Shown here: positions 18,812 to 28,300 of the stretch, piece by piece
How the letters are laid out: each line of letters begins with the position of its first letter
How positions within the stretch are numbered: the first letter of the stretch is position 1
From: an uncultured bacterium
Lineage (GTDB): Bacteria; Margulisbacteria; WOR-1; CAVSGV01
Direction: 5' to 3'
NCBI GenBank assembly: GCA_963699255.1
Contig: OY969425.1
Coordinates: 150,001-182,000, forward strand
Length of the DNA stretch: 32,000 nt
The notes under the pieces: generated by a model
The model's database searches: none
What the model saw: only the letters and a program-made list of their open reading frames with translations
What the model was told of the DNA's origin: nothing
Made by a program: the position numbers and the translations under genes

Positions 18812-19909
18812 ATGAAAGCATTTATACTTGCTGCCGGGTATGGCAAGAGATTAGAGCCTCTTACGAAGGCGATACCCAAGCCGATGGTCCCCGTGGCTAA
18901 CAAGCCCATCATGCAGTATAACATCGAGCTTCTGAGGAAATACGGAATAAAGGACATTGCCGCGAATATCCACTATTTCCCGGAGCAGGTGGAGAATTAT
19001 CTGGGGGACGGCAGCTCCTTCGGCGTCAACCTGAAGTATTCCTACGAGGAGGAGCTTCTTGGCACCGCGGGCGGGGTGGGGCGCATGTCACGGCACTCCA
19101 GGATTGACGGGACTTTCATCGTGATAGCCTCCGACATTTTAACTGATGTCAATATAAGCAGGCTGATCGCGTACCATAAGAGGAAGAAAGCGGTCGCGAC
19201 CATAGCGCTGACGCCGGTGGAAGATGTGACGCAGTTCGGCGTTGTCATGCTTGATGAGAGCGACAGGATCACGGGATTCCATGAAAAGCCCTCAAGAGAA
19301 GAGGCAAAGAGCGATCTTGTGAATACCGGGGTTTATATCTTTGAGCCTGAGATCCTGGACATGATACCCGAAGATAAAGCATCGGACTTCGGCAGGGAGA
19401 TCTTCCCGCGGCTGGTTTCCGACAAGGCCCCTTTTTACGGGTACAGGATGATAGAGTACTGGAGCGATATCGGGGGGATAGAAAAGCTGAAATCCGCCAA
19501 CTCGGATATTCTTCAGGGAAGGGTAAGGGCGGAGGTTTCCGCGAGGCGGGTCGGCACATCCACCTGGCTTGGAAAGGGGACCCGGGTCGCCAGAAGCGCT
19601 AAATTTGACGGGACGATCATTTTGGGGGACAAGAGCGTCATCGGTGAGAATGTTGAAGTGTTCGGCAATGTTTCCGTGGGCGACAACTGCGTCATAGAGG
19701 ATGGAAGCATAATCTCAGATTCAGTTATCTGGTCTGATACCCGCGTCGGCAAAAGATCCAGGCTCAATAAATGTCTTATAGGGAGCTGGTGCCGACTGGA
19801 AGATGATGTGCGGATAGAGGAAGGATGCGTTATAAGCAACAGATGCCGGGTCAGGCAGGGCAAAAAACTTGAACATGACACGAAAGTTGAGCCCGATAGA
19901 ACTATATAG
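18812..19909 (+). CDS. sugar-1-phosphate nucleotidylyltransferase with a C-terminal left-handed beta-helix (ManC/GCD1-like)
   Basis: 365 aa with the N-terminal ILAAGYGKRLEPLT nucleotidyltransferase motif and hexapeptide-like repeats in the C-terminal ~110 aa. Substrate not assignable. Confidence 0.75.
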   Translation: MKAFILAAGYGKRLEPLTKAIPKPMVPVANKPIMQYNIELLRKYGIKDIAANIHYFPEQVENYLGDGSSFGVNLKYSYEEELLGTAGGVGRMSRHSRIDGTFIVIASDILTDVNISRLIAYHKRKKAVATIALTPVEDVTQFGVVMLDESDRITGFHEKPSREEAKSDLVNTGVYIFEPEILDMIPEDKASDFGREIFPRLVSDKAPFYGYRMIEYWSDIGGIEKLKSANSDILQGRVRAEVSARRVGTSTWLGKGTRVARSAKFDGTIILGDKSVIGENVEVFGNVSVGDNCVIEDGSIISDSVIWSDTRVGKRSRLNKCLIGSWCRLEDDVRIEEGCVISNRCRVRQGKKLEHDTKVEPDRTI

Positions 19910-19977
19910 CTTACGGCTGACTGCTCACAGCTAACGGCTAAAAGCCGTGTGCTGTAGCCGCAGGGCGTGCCGTAAGC
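19909..19977. terminator. nested hairpin element directly after the nucleotidyltransferase stop
   Basis: The outer stem GCTTACGGC (19909-19917) / GCCGTAAGC (19969-19977) encloses an inner hairpin ACGGCT-AAA-AGCCGT (~19934-19948). There is no U-tract. Confidence 0.35.
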
Positions 19978-19991
19978 TGTCAGCTAAATCT

Positions 19992-20026
19992 CATGCAAGT
20001 TTTTCGCAAGTTATCCCGATAATATG
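19992..20026 (+). promoter_or_regulatory. sigma-28-like promoter copy 1 (CATGCAAGTTTT-N13-CGATAATATG)
   Basis: The exact 12-mer is shared with the copies at 22250, 31176 and 31768, with identical 13-nt spacing. The box starts 126 nt upstream of the ATG at 20143. Confidence 0.55.
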
Positions 20027-20096
20027 TCCGTAGGAGAAGGTGTGTCAGCCCTGGAGTAATGGGGCTGCATATTTCAGGGTCAGCGATGAAGCGGCA

Positions 20097-20130
20097 TGAA
20101 ATCTTTTCTGGATTTTGACGATATATATAG
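20097..20130 (+). promoter_or_regulatory. degenerate sigma-28-like promoter (TGAAATCTT-N13-CGATATATATAG)
   Basis: The -10-like box matches the giant gene's copy exactly over 12 nt (CGATATATATAG), with the same spacing. The box starts 24 nt before ATG 20143. Confidence 0.4.
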
Positions 20131-20142
20131 AGAGGGAGAAAT

Positions 20143-20481
20143 ATGAGCATAGTTCCGATGAACCAAAGTACAAGTAAATTTGACCCGTTGTCACAAGCCG
20201 GGATTGATTATTTTAATGCCAGGAAAGCTCAGTCAAAAGCATTGCAGGACGGCATCGCCGGCGCGCTTGACATAGCGAGGATAGCTACACCGGGACCGAA
20301 TGTTAATACCAGGAACGATTACACTGGCAGCCAGGACCCGGCTACGGCTATAATCAGGTTTTTATATAAGTTGGGGGTTTTCGGAGGCGAGGATCTACCA
20401 GGCACGCAGGTTTATTCGACCGATGCGGGCAGTTCGCAAGGATATGCAACGCCAAAACCCAAAATTGATACTGAGAGATGA
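20143..20481 (+). CDS. hypothetical 112-aa protein
   Basis: ORF with RBS GGGAG. No signal peptide or TM segment, and no family recognised. Confidence 0.55.
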   Translation: MSIVPMNQSTSKFDPLSQAGIDYFNARKAQSKALQDGIAGALDIARIATPGPNVNTRNDYTGSQDPATAIIRFLYKLGVFGGEDLPGTQVYSTDAGSSQGYATPKPKIDTER

Positions 20482-20497
20482 ACTTAGTGGAGCATAA

Positions 20498-20749
20498 ATG
20501 ACGACCGACATAATAATAGACCAGATAAGGACCCATTGGTGGATCCTGCTTTTTATAATATGCATGGTTTCATATTTTGTTTATTCCTTTATTAAGGAAG
20601 CCATGGAGCTTAAGGCGGTAAAAGACAGGAAGAAGGCGCTTGAAAAGGAACTGGACGGCTTGAAGGCTCAGTACAATGAAGAGGCGAAAAAGCTTGAAGG
20701 TAAAATGGAAGAACGGAAAAAATTCTATCGAGGGGGAAAAAGGCAGTGA
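20498..20749 (+). CDS. small single-pass membrane protein with a Lys/Glu-rich coiled-coil tail
   Basis: 83 aa with RBS GTGGAG. A hydrophobic segment (HWWILLFIICMVSYFVYSFI) is followed by KEAMELKAVKDRKKALEKELDGLKAQYNEEAKKLEGKMEERKK. Its stop overlaps the next gene's GTG (GTGA). Confidence 0.55.
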   Translation: MTTDIIIDQIRTHWWILLFIICMVSYFVYSFIKEAMELKAVKDRKKALEKELDGLKAQYNEEAKKLEGKMEERKKFYRGGKRQ

Positions 20750-22146
20750 GCGGCGAACTTCAACCGGTAGTGAGCAATAATCCTAACGGGACCAATTTGG
20801 GGAATACCGCCATTCCTGATAACCAATTTGATCCGAATGATCTTGTGGATTTTGCCAATCTGAAAAAGCAAATAGACGGCAATAAGGACGGAATTAGCCT
20901 TACAACTCTGAAGACCTTTCAAAGCCTGGATAAAGTGACACAAAAGTTGAAGGAGGAATTTAAAGGGCTTGGTATTGGCGAGAGTGAAATTCATGCATGG
21001 CTTGCAAAAATGATCACGAAGCAGCTGGCTGATCCGGGATCGTATCCGCTGAATCCCTCTGATTTCAATATACTTAAATGGGTTAAGATAGGGCGGAGGG
21101 AGGTTCGCGCGCTGGTAAATTCGGTACGTAACGACCTCAGCTTTTTCCAGAAAATAACCAGTACTCTTTCCGTTCATAAGGTGACCCGCGCCGCGTTCCA
21201 TGAATTATTCGTCATGAACGAAAATGATACCGCTCCCATTGACGGCTCAAAAGACCTGTTCCATGAATTATTCCACAGGGAGACCGTTGACCTTGATCAC
21301 TTCAAGACCACACTTGAAGATGAGGTGTTCCCTTTTGCCCAATCCGTATCTCCCCGCAACGCGCTCTCAAGGACGCTGCGGCTTCTGTCCGCAAGAAGGT
21401 TCATCATGATCGATTCAAACCACATGTCGGATTGCGTTAAAACAGCGTTGTATAATCTGGCACTGTCAAGGATCGAGAAAGAATTTCCTCCCGCACAGGA
21501 CAAAGATAAGCCGGATAACGCGAAGACCAGGAAAGACCTGCTGAAAGAGATCGCCGACTATCTTAACGGAAAGAAAGACGGTGAAAACAACGATATTTTC
21601 GATGTTTTGGGGATCACGCAGAGGCCTCCGGAGAAATTACCCCCGAAGAAACTTGATCCGAACTGCAGGGCGCAGGAACTGCATGATAAATATTTTAGCG
21701 GAGTGGAAGGATCGGCCCTGGTCGAGTCTATTGGTTATGCGTATTTCACGGGTCTCGCATCGGGCAAAACCGGCGTAAAAGATGTTTTTTCTTCGGCCGG
21801 GCTGAACACCATATGGGGGAGGCTTGTTCGTGATCTTGAACTGAAGGGCGGGAGCGAAATGGAATTCAACAGGAAGATCAAGAACCATTACGAAAAACAG
21901 GGAGAAGCTATGGATCATATGGTCACATCGCTCCTTGACGACTACGGATTGATGGATAACCCCGCTGACGGCGAAACGGATCCAGTCCAGGCGTGGAGCG
22001 GCAACGAGAAAATAATTGATATCGGCCCTTCCCACGAGACCCCGTTCTATCCGTGGGTCAACTGGGTAGTAAAGCATCCTGATGAGGTCGGCAAAAAGGA
22101 TATTGCGACGCCGCCCAAACCGACGGAGCAAGGGATACCTGAATAA
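20746..22146 (+). CDS. hypothetical 466-aa protein with a single HExxH motif
   Basis: Long ORF with a GTG start coupled to the upstream stop. HELFH lies at aa 173-177 (nt 21262-21276). No signal peptide and no family recognised. Confidence 0.6.
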   Translation: MSGELQPVVSNNPNGTNLGNTAIPDNQFDPNDLVDFANLKKQIDGNKDGISLTTLKTFQSLDKVTQKLKEEFKGLGIGESEIHAWLAKMITKQLADPGSYPLNPSDFNILKWVKIGRREVRALVNSVRNDLSFFQKITSTLSVHKVTRAAFHELFVMNENDTAPIDGSKDLFHELFHRETVDLDHFKTTLEDEVFPFAQSVSPRNALSRTLRLLSARRFIMIDSNHMSDCVKTALYNLALSRIEKEFPPAQDKDKPDNAKTRKDLLKEIADYLNGKKDGENNDIFDVLGITQRPPEKLPPKKLDPNCRAQELHDKYFSGVEGSALVESIGYAYFTGLASGKTGVKDVFSSAGLNTIWGRLVRDLELKGGSEMEFNRKIKNHYEKQGEAMDHMVTSLLDDYGLMDNPADGETDPVQAWSGNEKIIDIGPSHETPFYPWVNWVVKHPDEVGKKDIATPPKPTEQGIPE

Positions 22147-22162
22147 CAGTTAGCCGCAAGTA

Positions 22163-22192
22163 AACCGGTATAACTTCTCCGGGCGTTTTTTT
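22163..22192 (+). terminator. weak stem followed by a T7 run after the 466-aa gene
   Basis: CCGG...CCGG short stem, then GCGTTTTTTT (T-run 22186-22192). The stem is poor. Confidence 0.3.
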
Positions 22193-22249
22193 GAGTATTA
22201 CTTCTTACGCATTTTAAGCCTTTTTTAGCCCTATTTTTCTTATAAAACC

Positions 22250-22286
22250 CATGCAAGTTTTCCCCTGTTCTCCCCGATATATATAG
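22250..22286 (+). promoter_or_regulatory. sigma-28-like promoter copy 2 (CATGCAAGTTTT-N13-CGATATATATAG) of the giant gene
   Basis: Exact 12-mer with 13-nt spacing. The box starts 29 nt before ATG 22304, and RBS GGGGAG lies between them. Confidence 0.6.
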
Positions 22287-22303
22287 TGTAAAGGGGAGAC
22301 AAA

Positions 22304-25300
22304 ATGCCGGAAATAAACATACAACAAGTTACCGATATTCCTCAAACCGACGCCACCAGCGATGTTGCTGGCGGCGCTGATGTTTCCGCGGCCTATATAG
22401 CTTCCGACGTACAGACCGCCCCAGATGTGAACGCGTCCATCGGCATTGACAGCGTAGCGGTCTCGTCCGGCGTTTCCACATCTCAGGTTGGCGTTGGCGG
22501 CGCTGTTGAGCAGGAAGAATCCTCAAATTACATCCAGAGCGATGTTGAGACGGCTTCACAATCCGGTCAGCTCGAATATGACATGAACTCCCTTGCGAAA
22601 ATAAATGACTCCTACAAATACATCGATCCAACCGCTTCCGGGATACAGTCGATACTGGCCAATCTATATGCGAACGGGACCATAAACAGCGGCATGTCCG
22701 AGGAAGAAGTCGTTCTTGCCATTAACACATACGTTTTCAGCAATTACTCGTACATAGCTGATACGGGTGATACCTGGAATTCCGTTTCGCAGACCATAAA
22801 GAACGGGGGAGGCGACTGCGAGGACTTCGCGAACCTGGCAGCCAGCCTGATGACAGCCGCATTATTGGACAGAGGACTTAGCCAGGAAGAAATAAACAAA
22901 AAGATCGATTGTGTTGTTGTTGCCGATCCCAACACCGGGTTGGGCCACGTTTATGTGCAGTATACCGGCGATGATGGCTCCATAAAATATCTGGACCCTG
23001 TTTCTGCAAGGGTAACGACTTCAATAGACAGCTCCAAGGTCGTTCTCTTCAGCTACAGCGATGAGAACGTGGATGTCATTGATGAAAACTTCGATTTCTC
23101 AAGGCTTGACACGGCCAGTTACACGATTCCGGCGGACACCGCCACCTATATCCAGGTCCTCCCTGGTGAGTTCCAGAATTACTGGGAGTCGCTGCTGGGC
23201 ATGGAGGACTCCGCGGCCCACGACAATGCCATCGGAATTTACCAGTCGTTACAGGACCTTATTAACGCAGTTAATGCGAAATACGGCAGCTGGGACAACG
23301 GCGTGACCACGACGGCTGATCTGGATACGATCAATGCTTTTCTTGCTAAACTGGATAGCAATTATATTCAGGACTATGATACGGTAGTTAAGCCGTTCCA
23401 GGACCAGTATGAGGCGATATTGACCAAGCTCGGCGTGGACACATCTCCATATAACCCGGACGCAACCGCATATTCTACCGCAATGCTCAATTATTTTACT
23501 ACCATGAATACATATATATTCGCTTATTGCTGGCACACAACAACTTATAAAGAATGGAGCCAGAGCGGCAAAACAATGAACGGCGTATCGGATGACCTTA
23601 TAGCTATCGAATATTTGAAGAACGGCATTTCGACCCTTGAAGATTTTAAAGCCAAGCATCATGACCAGATAATAGAGACCGCGGCTGACCCTACAAAGGG
23701 AACGGCCGAGGTGGATTGGTCAAACGATTATATATATGACAACATTTACTTTAAAAATCCCAACGGCGGAAATGTATGCACCGTGAGGCAGGGTTTAGCG
23801 GCCATTCAGGCGTATGTTTCGTATGTTGACGCGACCAAAACATGGAACTTCATGTCCCTTGCATATCCCGGAGAAGCCCGCGTGGCCAAATATTGCGGGT
23901 ATGCGGACAAATACCACACCAGCTTTAAAACGACCAATGATTATCTGGCATCCATCACCAGCTTCCTGGAACAGGCGGAGTACGGTGTGGGGGTGCTGGA
24001 CAAGGATCTGGAGGAGTTGGACAGCGCGATAGATGTAATAAATGCCGATGCGACCGTTACCGACGACCAGACCAATTATAATTCCGCTGATGCAAAGTTC
24101 AACAACTGTACCGATGCTGCGGCAAATGATGCTGTAAACCTTTATTGGAATGGCGAAGCAGATTATCTCACTTCAGGAAACCCCGACAACAGTCTGTTAC
24201 AGGTCACTGATGAGAAGACGAGAAATGCAAACCTGGAAGCTCTTTATAAACAGGCCAGCTCTTATGACCAGGGCCAGATGTATGCGGGTTCAAACCAGGC
24301 GGATGTTGAAGCGGCCCTGGAATATTATGTTGAATTCAAGACTGCAGACAAGGCTCTGACGGAGGCGAAAACAACACAGGCCACCTTAAGGGCTGACTTC
24401 AAGGCGATGTACAAGAACGCGGATGGCAGTGAAATGTCCGACGCGGACCTTGACAATGTTCTGAACGACTATCAATCCGAATATATGAGCAAAGATACCG
24501 ACCCCTCAAGCACCACTTATGGCTACTGGGAGATCAATCAGGATGCATCGCTGTTCACCGAAAAGATAAAAGAAGCGAGCATGTTGAAAGGGTACCTGAC
24601 CGGAATATCTCTTATATATGAGGCAAGGAGGGACCTGAGAAAACTGGTCGAGGAAGAACTGGAGGGGGAAGGCGACGACTACAAGGCGATGGAGATAAAC
24701 AAGCTGTTCATGAAAAAGGTGAACAAGCTGACGGAATATATCCAGCAGACGATCGTTGATGTGTTGTCGGCAATAAACTCCCTTGACCAGGCCAAGTATG
24801 ATCAGGATGTAAGCGACATAAACACAAAATATGATAAAAAGGCGGAAGAAATAAAGAAGAACGACGCGCTCAAGTGGTATCAGTTCTGCGAGGACGACAA
24901 CACGCAAGAGGATCTCCTTAAAAATGACGATGCGAGGTATGGCGAAATCAACGCTGCGGATGATAAGTTCAAGGCGGTAAAAGAAAAACAACTGAACATC
25001 GTCAAGCACCTGCTGTCGGAGACCGGAATGACGGTTTCGGGGACAACGGGAGATGAAATATGGGCTTCCATAAATAAACAGATTAACACTTCGCTGGACA
25101 ATATGGATAATTACAGCCGCGCCACGCTTAACACGAGCGATGACTCCCAATACCGCGAAGTGGACAGAAATCTGGTAAGTTCTGAGAGGGCAAGCCTGCT
25201 GGGCGTCTTCGGTATTCAAAGGATGATACTTATAGCAAGGCAGGCGGGAAGCGACATGAGGAACCTTGTTCATCAGGAGATGACGGGGATCGGCGGCAGG

Positions 25301-28300
25301 CAGTCAAGAACGGATGTTGCTGCAGATATGGTTTCGGCCGACTCCAATATGGTGATGACCTGGTTCGATGAAGCGGTGAGCGACATAGAAACAATAACGA
25401 ACCTCGGCAACCAGATCAGGTATAACGAGATACAGATAGAGAAGAACCAAAAGCTGATCGAGAAGATAGATTCGCAGAAATCGAAAAGATTATGGGGGCA
25501 TATTTTTGAGGCACTTGCCTTTGTGGCGGCGGTCGTCGCGATATGGGTCCCTATAGTCGCGGTCGTCGCGATCGCGTTTGGCGTTGTTTCGGCTGTTTTG
25601 AAGGCGTCCGCAAATAAAGCGGTGGCGGATGAGAAAGCAAAACTGGAAAAAGACTATAGCTACCAGGTGATAAAGCCGACGGATCCGGTCTTTGAAAAGA
25701 AGCTCAATGCGATGAGCGGGTTAACGGACGAACAAAAGAAAGAGATACTGCAGAATTATGATCCGAACTCGACGACATTTAAGGGTAATTTGGATAAGGT
25801 CAGCGGCTTAAGCGCGGAGCAGAAGGATGAAATATTGAACGCGGCTGATCCGAGCCGGGCAGCCTATGAGAAGACCATTAATGCCGACACTTCCTTAACT
25901 GAAAAACAAAAAGAAGCTCTAATTAACGCGTATGACCCGAATGAAGAGATCTTTAAAAAGAACCTGGCGAATCTCAACGCGTCCACCTCGGCCCCGTGGT
26001 ATGAGTTCTGGAAAAGCGACACGCCGGGATTGGGGTTAAGCGACTCCCAGATCACCATGATAACCGACGCGTATGAAGGGAATACCTTCATGCTCAGTAT
26101 TGATTCTAGTACTATATTAACCGAAGCTCAAAAGAAAGAGATAAGGAATGCATATGATAAGGACAGGGTGACTTTTGAATCGAATTTAGACAGCCTTGGT
26201 TTAAGCGATGACCAGATAAGCGCGGTAATGAAGGCATATGATGAGCAGACTGACAATTCGGCGAACGATAAGAATTATTCAGATGATAATATCATCAATA
26301 CGGCGTTGAATTCAGATAACTCGACGCAGGACATACTTTGGAACATGAACGATGCCAACTATCTGTCCTTTATGAATGACGGGCACGCAGGCTCATACGC
26401 GGGATCATCTGCGTTTAACACGGTCAAGTTCGCGAGCACCCTGGAGAACATAAAGGCCAATGACCTGATCGTCATGGTCGCCGAATCTTGCAGGGAGACG
26501 ATGGCCGAGATGAGGAACCTGGTGCATGAGGAAATGACCTCTATCGGGGGAAGGTCGCCGTCAAGCATGGTAACGGCCACGATGGAAGCGGCCAGAGGTC
26601 AGGAAGCTTTCATCGCGAATGAAATGTACATGAAGCTGTGGGACATGAACACCTCGAACAATCAAAGGTTCGAGAGGGACCAGAAGCTGAGGCTCTATCA
26701 GCAAATGGCAGATGAGGCGGATGTGACCTTTGGTCTGAGCTTTATCCCTATTGTCGGAGGGCCGGTGGGGGATTTTTATTCGAACCTGAGCGGTATGAAG
26801 GATCAGAGGAACCAGCTGGAGGAGACAAGCAATGAAAAATTTGATGCAAATCCCGACCTGGAAGAAGCGGATCTTAACGCTTTAGTCGAGGATGGTCTGA
26901 TAAATACGGGGAATGACACAAAAGGGGTTAATTATGAGAAAGTATCCAATGCTCGAACCGCGGTCGCAAAGGAATTCATAAAGGAAAGCGTTGAAGCGAC
27001 GATAAAGAAGACCCTGCATGAGCTAAGAAGCATCGCTCACATGGAAATGACGAATATCCAGAGCAGCACGGGCACGGATTTTGCCAGCCAGGCTAATATC
27101 GTGAACTTCACGTCGGCACTGGAGACCATTTCACTTGTCACCCAATACCTTACCCAGAAGGCGGAGATAATGAACAGGGTCACCGAGGCGAACCAGAGCA
27201 TCTCAAAGCTGAACAAGCAGATCACAAACTATGAGATCGGGGGAGGGATAGCCCTGGCGGTCGCGATCGTGGTATCTGTTTTCATGCCCGGCGGGTTTGA
27301 CTCTGTTCTGGCCGCTCTTGATACCCTTCAACTTGCTTCCTCCGTTGGCAGTTTTGTTCTCGGGGTATTCAGCACTATAAACGCGTGGATCGAAGCGAAA
27401 TTCGCAGCTCAGCTGGCAAAGGACGACATGGGCGATGTCGCCGAATACCTGGAGATACAGGACATGAACAATGAGAACATCGATTCCACCCAGAACAGGC
27501 TGGAGGCTCTTGAACAGAACAGCATAAATGAAATAAACGCGAGCCTGCTTCAGGACCTTGGCTCCGGATACATAGGAGTGAACAAGGCGCTTTCGTCAGA
27601 GTTTAAGACCTTAATAGAACAGCTTTACAGGGCAGAGAGAAGTCAATCGGAGATCCAGCAGACCCTTGAGGCGTTAAGGAATACCGTGCACGAGGCAATG
27701 ACCGGAATATCCGGCGTGTCCAGCAACGCGACCATGTCTATTCTTGACATGAAGGAAAAGGCAATAAAGGCGAAGATAGACGACATGTTCAGCAAGCTTG
27801 AAGAGGTGGCGACCAGGTGGAACCAGATCTCGGATGCCCAGAGAGCGGCGGAAAAAGCCAGAATGCAGGCATGGACGACCACTCTCAGCACCATTATACA
27901 GGGCATCATAATTGCGATATCGCTTTATAGCGCGTTCGGTAAGGAGCCGGCGGCGAAAGATAAAGTTGATGCGGCGCAAAATGACGTGGATAGTGCACAG
28001 ACCCCTGATGAATTAGATGCGGCGGAAGGTGAGCTTCGTGATGCCCAAGCCGACTATCAAGCCCTTCAAAGCAGGGTCGCGCTATACACCAATGTTTGCC
28101 TCCCCGCGGCGGAGATCCTGATCAAGCTGGCTATGGCCTTTATAGAAAAAGATGAAATGCAAGGCGTTCAAAAGACAAGGGAAGAGGAAGTATCGAATGC
28201 GGGGGTCACGAAGGTTACGAAGGACGCAGGCGAGACGGTGAAAGAGGGCGTTGCGGGAGCCGGCCTTAATGGGTTTGCGGCGAGGGGCCAGGCGGTAGCC

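Noticed and set aside
20860-20910. EF-hand-like loop DGNKDGISLTTL in the 466-aa orphan
   Set aside because: The acidic residue required at position 12 of the loop is Leu here, and there is no paired second loop.
24506-25273. 255-aa minus-strand ORF, and other antisense or off-frame ORFs inside the giant gene (e.g. 23249..23662, 21637..22131, 27674..27979)
   Set aside because: All are embedded in much longer sense ORFs that show coherent repeat and domain structure. Their translations are Arg/Cys/His-rich and low-complexity. They are shadows.
25200-27725. Resemblance of the repeated MRNLVHxEMT motif to the flagellin C-terminal segment (SRIRDxDMAxEMxxxTK) and to the MCP signalling-tip motif (AxEVRNLAxRS)
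   Set aside because: The resemblance is tempting given the sigma-28-like promoters. However, the matches are only 4-6 residues and need gaps. The flagellin N-terminal D0/D1 region is absent. The MCP hairpin hallmark (EAARAGExGRGFAVVA) is missing. Internal hydrophobic segments are also incompatible with a flagellar filament subunit. A profile-profile search would settle it.
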